Source: Hydrolagus affinis (Eukaryota). Taken from it: a stretch of 54,184 bases of DNA. The stretch spans positions 1-54,184 of the forward strand of contig JAAILG010002479.1 in the NCBI GenBank assembly GCA_012026655.1, written 5' to 3'. A model generated the notes under the pieces. It searched no databases and was not told where the DNA came from. It was given only the letters and a program-made list of their open reading frames with translations. Made by a program: the position numbers and the translations under genes. Below, one piece after another: positions 38,661-51,850 of this stretch (positions are counted from its first letter, which is position 1; every line of letters starts with the position of its first letter).

Positions 38661-41600
38661 AGGAAGCATCCAAATGGAAAAAGAAAACAGGGGATTCCCA
38701 GATGTGCACACAAAAAATTGTCATTGCCTTGGGAGATGAATGTTCCAGGAACACTCAAACAGGAAGGAAACCATTTGATAATTTCAGAATTTATGTGGGG
38801 GGGAAAAAAGGAGAGACCTTAAACAGAATTTTATAGCAAACGTTTCACAGGTTGTCACAGACCCTGGCCAGATATGGGGTGAATAGGTTAAAGATTCACA
38901 TTTTCTGGGCTTGGAAGGGAAATGAAGGAAGACAACAAGTATTATCCCAATGATACAGTTTAGGGGTTAAACTGGTTTCCTAGGGAAATAGTAGCCACAG
39001 TAAAGCTCAACAGTAAATTTAACCAACATTAATGCCAAGCTTTTTTATTTATTTATTTATTTATTTTTACGCACCATCGTGCAACGCCCCAGACTGGGAC
39101 ATTTGCCAATTGTTCATACCAACACCAGCAATTTGGGGAATAGAATCCTTCTGGCAGCATGCACTACTTTTTCCCTTTTGTTTATGTAAGGAAAAACATT
39201 CTGCAATGCTGCCAGATGCATTTTTTTTTGGACAAACGCTTTTCCTTAATAGGTAATCTCAGCTAATATCAGGTTCACTGTAGCGGGTGGAAGGGAAGTC
39301 TGAAACTAACCCAGCTCCACAAGTTCAGTGGGATACAGAAACTAGTCACTTTGACATGAAGCCGACTGCCTCTTCTGAACATTGCTTCAGTCAGACGTCT
39401 ACTCAGTAGTTTGGAATGGCCACAATCTCTGAATCATGACAATTTCCTGTATTTCTGGACAATTTCTAACAAATTCCAAAAGTGTGTATTAAAGCAATGT
39501 CTTTCTTTCATCGGTTATCATTTTCAGTGTTCGGTCAGAAAATGTGCAATCATAACCTGTAAAGCTCTTTGAAGGGATCTCCAAACATGAAAGGCACTAC
39601 ATCAAATGCAAAATTAATAACTATTATTAACATCTGTAAGCTGATCCTCCACTGGCTAAATCTGATCAATGTATTCAAGTGGAATTGGCTGGCTCTTTTC
39701 AACAATAAAACTGCCATATACCATAGTTTGATTGAATGCAACAGTAAGGGTTTGATTAGCTGCTGAACTTGACCACCACACAAGGCTTAGTAAATATTGG
39801 TAAAACAGTACATTCGAAACAGACCATTGGGGAGCAGCTCATGTTTGGCAAGGAATTTAAAAGTTACTCAACTCTGGAACTTAGTGGATTTTGATAAATT
39901 CTAAGGTTAAGATGTCATTTTGATGACCGTCTTGCGACTCACTACCAGATCAGTCACGTATCATCCGATATGAATCATTAGAGACAAACAAGCTACTCAT
40001 GGTGACTTTAGACAAGGACCATTCATTACAAACCATTATTCAAGATCAAAAGGACTAGGTTTTGCTTCCTCCAAAGCCTCTGGGAATGATACCAGGGCAT
40101 TAAGTAAACACCTAAGGGTGCTGAAGGCCTCGAAGGTGCCAGACCAGCAAAGCTGCCTGTTCACAGCTCTAACAATACAGCTGCATGACTAGGCTTAAAA
40201 GCAAGGCATTTCTTACACTGAATTACATCATATCTGCAGCCGTCCCTTTAGAATCAATTCCTGAGCAAAGTAAAATTCGAAAAAGTGACACAAGAAATCT
40301 TTCTATAGACTTAAAACACATCAATTTACAGCTATACATCAATCCAGACATCAGTTATTGTTCTATCCCCTCTGTTAAAAACATTGGCACTTTTTTTTGT
40401 TCCTACCTCCCCACTCCACAAAACATTCCCTGCCGAGGACAGACACCAATGGTGCTCGGCCTGCCACTTTCTAGTGTGCGGCAGCAGTCTTGTTACCTGC
40501 TCCTTCCCCTCGAGGGTTTCGAAACCACGTCAAACCCCAGATAATTGAGAGCATTGGTGCACCGCTCCGCCCTTCAACCAGCTGTGTACCAAAGAGCAAA
40601 TTGACTGTTCCCAGAATCTAGAGGTCTGACAGCCAGCAAGTTTCCTCATTTCCCTACACTTTCGTCACAATGGTGCAGGTTAAACATTCATGACTCTATT
40701 GAGGTAATTACAATTTACCACAATTTATATGCTCCCTCTGCCACCGCTGTCCAATGTAATGTAACGGGTATTACTGCAGAATAGACTTTTTCCACAAATG
40801 GGGGAAGCTGCTTTATGGCGAAACATATACCCAGTTATATTATGTAACCTTTAGAGTATGCTTGTACAGTATACTGTGTTTCCAAACATGTGGCTGCAGA
40901 CTGCAATCTATTCATGTAGACATAGAAGTTCAAGTGATAGTGAATGCACAAAGGCATTACTGCTAACCATTCATTTGTACCCAACATCAAGGCTTTTACG
41001 AGGGGCATTACAACACAAGGCCATTTACTTTTGGGTAAAGCAATGTGCAAAAGGCGCCAGACCAACCATTACAAAACCTTTCAGTAAACCAGATGAGCAC
41101 CGCAATGAAGGTTTCTCAGCAGACATTACATCTGCTGTCCAAAAGGCTTAAAAGTTGTAACGACTTGTCTTTAAATATGGTGCCAGACATAAAACTACTG
41201 CTGAACACGATAGCGTGTTACAACTCATTGTAAACTCAACTCCAGACAGCATTCGTTTCTCCAATTCTACTTTGTAATCTTTGTAATTTCAAGGGAGAAA
41301 ATTATTGCATCTTGTAAATGCAGAATACATTAAGTCACACAAAGGCTTTTATTTGCAAACTCCACTGGTTCTTCGCTCTAGTCCAGTAACTCCAACATTT
41401 GCATATCAAGACCTCGGACAGTATAGTTATTGAGCCATTAAACCAGCCACAGATAAAGCAATGATACAGCATCAATTTCAGGTTGGATAATAAATCTCAC
41501 AATCTTTCTGTCAAGTGAAAAGTACCTCAGCTCCTTGCTGCAGGTGGTCAGATAGCTTCTGTGAACTAGATCTCAAACACATACTGACCATGTACCAAAG

Positions 41601-41699
41601 AGCAATTTTCCAATGAGAATAAATAATAATAAGTTAGTTATGGGAGTTTTTGTCTGCTGTTTGGCATTTTCAGAAATGGCCAGTTCTGTCCTTTAATGG

Positions 41700-41925
41700 G
41701 TATCACTCAGGCTCAGTTCCATTCTCGCATTCAAAGTCATAAGTTCGTGGGCTCAAGCTCCAAAATATGAGCTCATAGTCTTGGCTCACACTCCAATTGT
41801 CAAAGGTAAATTACATTAAACCGAGGTCCTGTCTGTCCGTTCAGGTGGATGTTAAAGATCCTGTGGCACTGTTCAAAAAGAGAAGGTAGTTTCCTTGCCC
41901 ACAAATAAAATTGGTCATTCATTTC
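41700..41925 (+). mobile_element. Deu-domain SINE, degenerate
   Basis: CCGAGGTCCTGTCTGTCCGTTCAGGTGGATGTTAAAGATCCTGTGGCACTGTTCAAAAAGAG is the Deu core. Confidence 0.65.
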
Positions 41926-43653
41926 ATGATTCTTTGAAGGGCATTGCAATGCCCTGTTTGCCAATTCCTATCTGCTATACCTTGCCTTTGGATTCAGAGA
42001 CCTTTCATCCCTCCTCCAGAGGGGAGTTCTCACCAACTCAGAGTTCCCATTAGATGGGTAAACAATACAAAAAATGATCCTGATTAGCGAGTGAGCGAGT
42101 GTATTGCCATCACCTTACGTACTAAAGGGCAGATTTCTAGCCATCAAACATCAATTCCACCACTTTGAGGTGTGAAATTGAAGATTATGTATTCATACAC
42201 TAGGTAATGTTTGCCAGTAGCCACTGTCCCAGATATAAACTACTGCCTTCATTGTGGTGGGAATACCTAAACCAGGCAGCTTATCTCAGTACTGAAGAGT
42301 ACATTACTTAGAGATCAACAATATGTAACTCATATCCTTAAGCAGGAATAAAGTTACTTTTAATTCAGGCATGTCCTCAAATCTGCTGGTCTGAACACCT
42401 TAGGGCAATCAATGGTGGTGGTTTCTCTGAAAGCAGGCAGCGAGGGTCCAAGAACATTTAGACATCACATGTAATTAACAATGAGTTGCTCCCATCTCTC
42501 TGTGTAATACGAACACTCTCCAGACAAAAACAACTAAATATTTAACCATTCAGAATACAATGGAAATGTCATATGCCTGAACTTCACCATCTGTTACAGG
42601 CTGTAGGATGGGAGTTGTTCTTTCATTCGTGAAAGACTAATGTCTTATTATTGTTAATATTTTCCCAAACTAGAATAAACAAAGTAACTATGTTGCTTCC
42701 ATTTGCTTCCTCCACTGAATCCCCACCATTACAAACTAATAAAATATGGTTGGCCCACTGCCAAATGAACGCAGTGTATTAACTTCTCTGTCTGATGGGA
42801 GAGTTGGCTTTCAAAATAAAGGTTACAATTGCTGTGCTTCTGCAAGACCAATGGACCATGAAAGTATCTGTAGCAAATCTGGAACTTGCAAGATTGCTTC
42901 CCAAAGATAAAGCCCAGACTCACCAAGAAAGGTTATGCGAATACAAGGATTATCATGTGTTTGTGGTGACTCAAAGGAGAATCACGGGACATGTGTGATT
43001 TATATCTTCGTAATTTGTGGAATTTAATTAATAATGGGTGGGAGGGGTGGGGAGAGAAGTGAAAGAACGAGAGAAAAAAATAATGAATGCGAGGCTGATA
43101 TCTCGTAAGAAATGATGGCAACTTTAAAACATACAATAGAGTCAATGCTTTGGTAGTTTGACAAGTTTGCAAAGTTTGGCAAATTGCAATTACTAAAACA
43201 GTGCTAGTCTCCCACATCGACTGCCACCTTTACAGACTTGAGAATATTTGAGAGCAGCTTAAATAATTGCTGTTTGTGGTTGCAATAGTGGTGCAAAAGG
43301 AAATAGTGTAAACAGCGTTAAAGTGATTCCATCTAACAAAGTGGAGTTTACTTGAGGTTCGATTACTTGAGGTGCGGAGATGTTAATTTAAAGAGTTTAC
43401 AAAGGAACAGCACAGTAAACATCCACGCTCTCAGCTGTTTATTCAATCTGTTGCTTCTGCTTCAACCACTGTACAGAGAAAGAGAAAAGCAGAAGGCTGA
43501 GATATTTCATTTGCACTGACTTCTGTTTAGCACTCAGACCACATGCAAGAGAGGGAAGGTGAACTTCACTCTTGCTGTTGCTCCCCAGGGTATCAATAAC
43601 CAAACACTAGCAAGTGGAGTGTGCAGGCACCTCCTGTGTTGTTAACAGTCTGA

Positions 43654-44858
43654 TCAAACATTAAATCAAGTAACTGCAGAGAAAGTCATCAGCGCGGAAA
43701 TGTGACTGTTCAAACAACAGTAAAACACTCCAGCTTTGCTATTACGACGTCAACAAACCAATGCAAATCTTGTAAGGAGTTAAAGTCCGCTATGCTTACT
43801 GACTGTTGCTTTTATATGTTGCTACATTACAACAGTTTGCCTTAGTAATAAGTTCAAAAGCAAACAACTTGCACTTCTAGAACTCAGATTAGTACCTTTC
43901 ACACAGGGCAAACACCTCAAAATGCTTTCACAAACTCAGTGTGGGGGATGTCCGGAACAGAGAAGAAAGGAGAATCTAAAGATCCTGATCAATGACACAT
44001 TCAAACAGATAAATTGAGACTGACTAGAAGCAAACCCAGTTTACACGCAGCTGTTCATATTGTGTCAATTACAGTAAATGAAACAGAAAATGCAGTTCCA
44101 GATCTCAGCTCAACATTCAAGACCAGCGGCGCCATGCTTCACGCTGTTACTGTTCAGTATTTCATGTGAGGCAACTGTGCTTCTCTCAGTCAGTTTATGG
44201 CTAGCATTACGTCTCTTCAAGTGTACATACAACAATTGAAATGACGCTAAACAGCAGTTTATTAAAATATTCTAAAAACTCAAATATTCTGACAACCTTA
44301 ACTGTGTCCTTCCTCCTCCCGAGTAATGTCCAGCAAAGGAAAAAGAAAAGTATGTCTCTACCTCAAGACTCTTCCCACAGCCTGCAGAACCATCTTGCAA
44401 CTCAATCCCGTTTTTGGCTGTGTGAGCAGTGGCCTGTCTCCAGCATGGTTTAGATGATCTCCCACCATGGCGAGCAGTTTTCACAGCAACCAGAACTCCC
44501 TTTGTTTCCCAGCTCTCAAACTAGTCAAACCACATGCACAACCCTAACAGCACTGAGCTTCAAACAACCTTCGCCTCCAACCAATCAGGCACAGGGTGAC
44601 TGGATTTGGCATGAAATGACAAGCAGCCCACTGATTTCATCAACAGTCAGGGTCATAAATCAGGGAGCGTCTGGAGAAGGAAACAAAAGCCCTTGCAGGG
44701 ACGATAGAAAACAGGCTCCACTGCAGAAAGGTACAAGGGCGCTTCTCAAGTTTATATCAGTATTTCTGGGTGAAGGTTGAACTTCAGGTTTTTAATAAAC
44801 CATCTTATTTTACTATACACTCACTCAAACATTAAATCAAGTAACTGCAGAGAAAGTC
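43654..44858. repeat. Exact 34-bp direct repeat pair (43654-43687 and 44825-44858)
   Basis: TCAAACATTAAATCAAGTAACTGCAGAGAAAGTC occurs identically at both positions. Confidence 0.9.
44362..44468 (-). CDS. MOB2: MOB2 conserved alternative first coding exon (long isoform, 250 aa in total)
   Basis: gccATGG Kozak context; MVGDHLNHAGDRPLLTQPKTGLSCKMVLQAVGRVL(R) |gtagag, phase 2 as the next exon requires. Matches human MLGDH…GLCCKMVLQAVSKVLR as recalled. Confidence 0.93.
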
Positions 44859-45607
44859 TGCCTCTTTTTCCTCCCTTCACCGTCAGTTTTTCCTCTCTCC
44901 GGGACGGATCAATATCAATCCAAATACAAGAGTTCCGTGGGCAGTGTGCTCTATCTGACCCTCCAGCTCCGCCTGTGTGAGAGGTTACTGGCCTGCAACT
45001 CAGCACCTCTCCTCCCTGATGCACCCAACTCCCCAACTCCCACAAATCCCATCACTCGACAGCACGCTATTCTGTTGCCTCTCGAAAACAAATCAGGAAA
45101 AACATTGCTAACTTTAGAATGGAACACATCATAGAGTTATCATAAACCCACAACCGTGCAACTTTCAAAACATTTAAGCAGCACTCCGACGAGAGACTGG
45201 GTAGATCATATGCAGAATCACATGTACAACCTCAAGCACTGCCTGCACAGAGCTCCACTTAAATAAACCCTTTCACCTCAAATTTCTTATATTTTAATAG
45301 CTTGCACAGAATTTAATGTGGAATTAAGTATCCAGTCTCTGACAGATGACTACTGCTCCACCCAGTTCTACTCTAACGAGTGGTACAAGGGGAAGAGACG
45401 AGCTAGACACAAACTTGCTCTCGTAGATCTAGTTACAGTACTATACAAATAGTCTAATTAACAGACAGTACCAGACAGCTAGTGATGTGTTTACTTCCCT
45501 ATCCATATAGCAGGAAACACAATGACTTCAAAAGCTAATCAAATTAAACTCTGGTTCAACTGATAGAGGGCAGCAACACAATTACCGCTTTGTTAGTGCA
45601 TATAGCA

Positions 45608-45792
45608 ATAATAATATTCCTTGCAATTGATATAATGCTTTTCACGTCTTCTAGACATCTCAAAGCACTTCATGGAATATACTGTAAAGTGAATTAACTG
45701 TATAATTCAATCAATTGCGCACAGCAGCGTCCCACAAACAGTCGTGGAATGAAATGACCAATTTTGTTCGAGGGATTATTATATGTGTGTGG
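45608..45792 (-). mobile_element. 5'-truncated SINE family A
   Basis: ATAATAATATTCCTTGCAATTGATATAATGCTTTTCACGTCTTCTAGACATCTCAAAGCAC…. Confidence 0.85.
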
Positions 45793-46667
45793 AATGCAAA
45801 GTTCACACTGCAGAGTAACAACGATTATCAGAGGCACTCATCGCAAGAACGTCATATCACCTCTCTTTACATTCGGAACAGGGAAATAAATAGATCGAAT
45901 GTTTTTGTGCATCGTAACGCTACTTTCTTGTCTCCCAAAGTAGGGTATCAGTTTAGAAAATGAATCCCAGTCTGGCTGCTCCCACTTGCCCACTATCAGG
46001 TCAATTGGTGTGACTGAAACACAAGTATTCATCACATCCATCAGCAACACGCATGTCTGGTAATGGGATCAGACGCCAGGTAAGCCCACATATCCAATCA
46101 GTCTGCTGAGCCCAATCACAGTCTACTGAGGTCAGCCACAGTTAGACTGCATCTTGGCCAGACTGTAAAGAGTTCTACTCTCCCAACAGCTGTTCGCAAT
46201 AAAAGGGAACTTTTGGTAATTCTATGACAATGCTTCTGTTCCACACAGGTAGAAATTATTGACCGATTTTATCTCATAGTGCTTTTTCTTCTTCTCTTCC
46301 ACCCCTGTAAATAAATAAGTGGATTTACTTCTTATCAGACATGGCTGACATCTGTAAACCACTGTAAGGTTTCTTGTGAGAGGTCTCTATAGCGCTAGAG
46401 GTTTAGAGATGTTAATCATTTCAGTCACACCTTCAACTCACTCAGTTATACTGAGATTGAGTCAATTAGACATTTGAAAGAAGAGGAATAATATAAAACG
46501 AGTACGAAGATTAGAGGAAGAACAACAAATGACATGCGATGTATAGCACCCTTCACATCGGAAAGACATCCCAGAACGCTGGACAGTCAGGGGTGTTTGG
46601 ACCTGAGCTGGGAACACTAACATCTCAGTTCCTCCAATGCTGCCATTTCTAGGACATGACTCCGCAA

Positions 46668-46985
46668 AGAATCATAGAATTTTACGGCACAAAAGGAGGC
46701 CATTCGGCCCATCTAGTCTGTAGCGGCTCTTTGAAAAGAGCAACTCAATCCCACTGCCCAGGTCTCTCCCCATAACCTAACAGACCTGTTCTCCCTAAAT
46801 AAAGATCTAATTCTCTTTTAAAATGTTGTTATCGAATCGGCCTCCACCACCTTTTCAGGCAATGCATTCTGGATTCGAATAAACCGCTGAGTGAAAAAAT
46901 TTCTCCTCAGCTCCCCTCTGCTTCGTTTTGAAACTATTTGAAATCTGTGACCACGAGTCACAAATTCGCCTGCCAGTGGAAACTG
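46668..46985 (-). mobile_element. 5'-truncated CR1 LINE
   Basis: Peptide TRGHRFQI…RRNFFTQR…NALPEKVVEADSITTF; same 3' terminus as 21528. Confidence 0.9.
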
Positions 46986-49414
46986 GTGTATACTCTGATG
47001 CATCTTTTTTTCCACCCCTGTTGGGATGTCAAATCATATTCAAATTTCTATTCAACTCTTCTGCACTGTGACAATGTCTGTATGTATCCCTGATATCGAT
47101 TTGCATTAGGTTAGTCCATAATCTATCACTGCAACAGTTTACTTGTAATTGGCGTATACCTTATGCGTTATCAGTGCGTCATCATATCAAATTATAACAA
47201 AGAAATGACTTCAGATCAATAAAGCACAATCAGCAAGCCGTTTTTGCAAAGCAAGATATTCTTTCGGCTGCGTAATATTTAAATCTCTTTGCATTTGGAA
47301 CCCCAAATAAGTATGTTTTGCATCGTATATTTACATTGAACAAGCTTCACACCATGAAACCCAGTCTAACTAGATAAGCCATTTTAACAATTTGTTAAAA
47401 ATATATATTTTTTTAAAATTGGTGAGCGCGGTTAGACCTGCTCACCCCCCATTAAGCTGAGTTAGACTGAAATGTTCCACCTTGGGAACAAGGGTTGTGT
47501 CCCCATAGATAAACCCTAATCCCCTCAAACCCTTCCAGGCTCCAAATTGTCAAAGGACAATATGGACCTGAACCATGATTTCATGACCACCTGAGCAAGT
47601 CAAGTGCCCAGATGGCCTCTCCGACAGGGTCAGCCTGACCTGAGTCTTATGACTAAGTGCTCAGTGTAGCTCCGAGTTCAAGTATTCTTCCTCTTCGTGA
47701 GAGCAAATCCAGAGGTACAGCAATACCGATCCCAACCAACATAGGACTGAACGAATAACGGCAGCAGTGAGATCAATTTTTTGCATAATGCGGCAGTTAT
47801 GGGTGAGGATTTGGTTCGGAAATCTCAACCGGAGATGAGCTTTCCCAGCAATACAAGCTCTAGAAGTAATTATAACAACAGAGACTACAGTTGATCTTAT
47901 CCAATAGGCAAAGAAGCAATATATTAACAATAATATTATTAACAGTTATCAACATCAACAATTGATGACCTTATAAAGAGAAATTAGTCGAAAAGGCAAG
48001 AAGCAGTTTACTCCATTGCATTAACAAATCCACCTAATAATACTTGTTAGTACAGGCCAGTGCCCGCTTAGCTCACTCCAAACCTTCCACAAGTCTCTGT
48101 ACAGTTTGAGCTGAATTTGTGGAATACAGTACTTGGCTTCCATTGCTTTGGATCATTCTATTTCATTGCGAGTTAGTGATTGAAGAGCTTTTAATACTAG
48201 CCCAAAATTTAATTAGGATTTCATTGATGGGGCAAACGTATTAACCAACGATGATATCAAAGTAATAAATGAATCCTATTTCATGAAAATAGTTGTTGTT
48301 AAAAACAAAGTCATACACAACAATCCAATTGGAAAATCCTTTGAACAGACTCCATATTTGGACCTCAACGCATATCTCTCAGTAACCCACGTGACTCAAT
48401 GCATTGTGTTTGTTTACTGCAAGATTCTTTGAGGAAATCCCACCATCTTATGATCGGACTGAGTAACACGATTTCCAGTCAGGAACATGGGAATGCAAAT
48501 GCCTATTGTCCAAAACATGATCCATTACGTGCCTGCCAAAACCACCAGACAGGTTGAAACAAGAATGAATCTGTTTACGAAGACACACCTGAGCTGGCAG
48601 CTTTCAGCATCTTACGGTGGTCAAAAGCAAAGTGCATAGGAGTAATAATGAAACACAATAATAAAGGCAATGTTGTGGTTAGTAAACAGCCCTCTAGGTT
48701 TGGGATTTGAAGGGCAATTTAAAAATAAAGGTGTGCCCAGCATGAAGCACCAGAGCTGTCAATCAATGAAAACATTCAACGGAGTCAGAAATCAATCTGC
48801 CCTATTTTCAGCAGAAATTCCCCTGCCAGTTAACAAGCGCCCGATTCACTGTCAAACTGAAGCAACACCTGCATCAAATGATGAGAATGTTCCACATATA
48901 CTGAATTTCTAAGTTGCTGCACGGACACAAACAGCATCCATCGCCTGTTCCATTTTACTGATGGCCACAGTAGACATAGCCAAAGGTTGCACAGTTTGGG
49001 AAGCCTGTAGAATAAAGAGTGCTCATAGAGTCAGTGGGACCTCACCATTGTTGTGAAGCATTGCTGAGATGTCTCAATTATATGATAAGGCACTATATCA
49101 AATGCATGATTATTATTATCATATATATGCTGAGAGGGACTTCATTGGGCATTTTCTGTTTCCAAGATCTCCTAACATGACAGATATTTGGGATCATTGT
49201 CACTAAGGAGTGTGATTTGGTTTATGTTTTTTTTTAAAGTACTGTACTTCTTTCATTTCCTATGGAAGAGCAACGAGTTGTTGCCCACCTTGAATGTAGT
49301 TTGTATTAACCTACTCATTTCCTGGACTCAAAAATTCAGGTGAACATTCATCAGGTAGTTCTGAACTAAAAATAAATCAATTTGTTTCATAAATCAAGTG
49401 ATTTAATAACAGTT

Positions 49415-49612
49415 TTCCCGGCCCCACAAAAAAATGTGGTCATTCAATCCACGGCTGTTTGTTGGTGGGACACTGGTGTGTACAAGTGGCTGCTGCTCTT
49501 CACCCACAGAATACACAGTCACTCCACTTTGCAATATATTCTGTGAAAAACTTTGAGATGTCTCAATGAAGTGATGAGGCTCTATATCAAATGCAAGGAT
49601 TATTACATTATT
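49415..49612 (+). mobile_element. 5'-truncated SINE family A
   Basis: GGTCATTCAATCCACGGCTGTTTG…TATATCAAATGCAAGGATTATT. A shorter tail fragment lies at ~49050-49120. Confidence 0.8.
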
Positions 49613-49706
49613 TTGATCAACAGATTCTAATAATAAATTCAGATTTAAAGTTTCTTTAAAGATTCTGCTGGATGGAAGATTAAACTATTGGCTACCGTCC
49701 ATGCAG

Positions 49707-49937
49707 AGTCGGGGAGGCCGGGGAGAGGGGGTACTCGAGGCCGGGGAGGCGGGGGAGGGGGAAATACATGAGGCCGTCGAGGGAGGGAGGATACTTGAGA
49801 CCAGGGAGTGGGGATACTCGAGGCCAGGGGGAAGGAGGATACTCAGATGAGGTGTCTCAGGGCCGGGGAGTGGGGATATTCGAGGCCGGGGAGGAGGGGG
49901 ATACTCGGAAGAGGTGTCTCGGGGGGGAGGGGGCCGG
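49707..49937 (+). repeat. Degenerate G-rich minisatellite
   Basis: About 7-8 imperfect units of roughly GGATACTCGAGGCCGGGGAG(G/T)GG. Confidence 0.85.
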
Positions 49938-49949
49938 ACACTCCGTTAC

Positions 49950-49981
49950 CTGCAGCTTCTTTTTTCTTTTACTGAGAACAT
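49950..49981 (-). CDS. MOB2: Candidate MOB2 alternative first coding exon, MFSVKEKRSC(R)
   Basis: 32 nt from ATG to a CAG|gtaacg donor, phase 2 and in frame with the exon at 36641. Lies just downstream of the promoter motifs. The peptide is not recognised from other species, so the exon could be non-coding. Confidence 0.55.
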
Positions 49982-50000
49982 GACCGCTCACATGACCTCT

Positions 50001-50175
50001 TCAAATCCGCGCCGCCATCTTGTCTCAGTGACGTCACGCTGCAGCCTGCCTGGCCATCCCCCACGTGCTTTTGTTCCCTGATTGGCCAGAGTGGTCGCGT
50101 TAGGACCATGAAAATGTTGTTTGGGACCCGCCAAATCAGTGGCCGCGGTCCAGGAACCGGGGTGGTCACGTCAGT
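50001..50175 (-). promoter_or_regulatory. CpG-rich housekeeping-type promoter for MOB2
   Basis: YY1 motif AAGATGGCGGC (- strand, 50011-50021), CRE palindrome GTGACGTCAC (50028-50037), E-box CACGTG (50062-50067), CCAAT box (TGATTGG, 50079-50085) and a second CRE-like site (50166-50173). Confidence 0.8.
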
Positions 50176-50285
50176 GAGGTTTATTTAATTGGAAATGAGT
50201 TAGGAAATATTCGGGACCAACTCTGACTGGTTGCCTGGAGGGGATGGTCGCGCCACTGAGGTGGTCGCCAACCGAGGTTCTACTG
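50090..50285. mobile_element. Right end of a Tigger-like DNA transposon
   Basis: …GGTGGTCGCCAACCGAGGTTCTACTG|TA terminus, with recurring (G/A)TGGTC(G/A)C subterminal motifs. No left TIR found. Confidence 0.55.
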
Positions 50286-51309
50286 TATAAACTAAATGCT
50301 CAGTACATTTCTGTAAGGTTTAGAAAGGTTCGGTGTTTATCTTGTATAGTGTGACCTGACAAAGTTAAATTTATCTAATTTTTGTATCTAACAAACCCAA
50401 CTCAAGACCATAGTAACACGTCAGCCTTACTCAGGCACAAGGGTGTGCGATACATAAGAGTGTATAAAAAGATCTTGTTACAGCATTTAGAAAACTAAAG
50501 TGGAATAGATTTTCCCTTTGAGTGCCATGCCATAGCAGATAAATTTCCACTGTCAAAATAGGACTAGTAAAGGCACTGATTACAAAACTAGACAGCTGAA
50601 TAACCCTCCCTACCCCTTCAATCCTAAAGTGTGTTCTTCACTGTACATGAAAATATTTATATTCTAGACTTGATGTTAATTCCCAATGCAACCGCATCAT
50701 TGGATTTCTTGGGTTAGTTGCTTCGCATGTGGCTTTTAATCCAGCATATTCTATAAGACTCAAATCACTCAAGGCCTTTATCTAAATCGCCCATGACCCC
50801 CATAAAGTCCCAAAATAATTTGGTTACCACAGAATTGATATGCAATGGCAAGAAGAATGGATATTCTTGTCTCATCTCCAGCCTTAAACCAGATGTGTTG
50901 ATTAAGTAGACTAAATGTGATGCAGTCTCTTCAAATGTATTCATCCAAATTCTACCCCTTTACAGCAAATCTAATAAAACGTATGCAACAGTACAAAGGG
51001 TATAATGTATACAAAGGGACTTATAACCATAGACAATAGGTCTACTTCGTTGAAAGAGGTTTGAGGTAAAAGGGCAAGAGAAAGGAAAAATTTAATTCAA
51101 AAGTTGCCCCTTCTTAAACTCACAATCTTGTTGCTTGACAGAGAGCAATTTAATTTTTGTTCACTCAACTCTTAAACCTTAGTTAGTGGATTTCAATCTA
51201 TGGACAATAGCTGTTGACTTAACAGAATTAAGCAGGTTTCACCACTTTTTTTTTAAAAAAAACCCTGAAAACAATACTATGCAATCTTTGAACTCTGTAC
51301 TACTTGAAT

Positions 51310-51590
51310 ACCAGGTGGGACTTGAAAAGGGAGAGATAGGGGGCAAGGCGGAGAGATTAAGGGAGAGTGTTATCGAGTTTGGGGGCAAAAGTGCGAACTC
51401 CAATGGTGGGGCGGAGGGTGTGAGGGCCGAGCAGGAGCCCTTACCTTTCGAGCGGAGGCTCCGGTTAATGGTTTGAGGACTACCACCCAGAGGTTGGAAA
51501 AGTTGGGGAGGGCCTTGCAGCGAGTGTGAGGATTTGGGAGTCAAAAAGGATCGAAGAGAAAGTCTTTTGAAGACTTTTGAACAGTGAAAT
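51310..51590 (-). mobile_element. Degenerate L2-type LINE ORF2 C-terminal fragment
   Basis: Minus-frame peptide …RSLRS…FA..PNSI.LS..L loosely follows the L2 C-terminal pattern. Confidence 0.45.
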
Positions 51591-51604
51591 AAACTTGAGG
51601 TCCA

Positions 51605-51850
51605 TTGCTCAGTGAGTTAAACTAGTGAACAGCTGAGCCACAGACCATGAAATTCTCTGGATTGTGTTGAGTTTGTTGGAGTCAACTGAGCCGCACTGGT
51701 GAGCTGTAATTTGCCTCCGCGTCACTGGTTTTGGGAAAGGAAAATAGCCAAGGGCTTCTGCTCCCATCACTATCCAGCCAAGATTGTCAGACATTTACAT
51801 GAACAGGATTAGGCTCCCCACAGACAATGAGCTGCCTCACATGATGGAAT
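51605..51850 (+). mobile_element. Ancient SINE remnant (tentatively MER131-like)
   Basis: GCTGAGCCACAGACCA…GGGAAAGGAAAATAGCCAAGGGCTTCTGCTCCCATCACTATCCAG. A possibly related 3' piece lies at ~11320-11450. Family name from memory only. Confidence 0.4.

Noticed and set aside
42011-42030. CTCF-like CCTCCAGAGGGGAG
   Set aside because: Too many departures from the core consensus to call without a PWM score.
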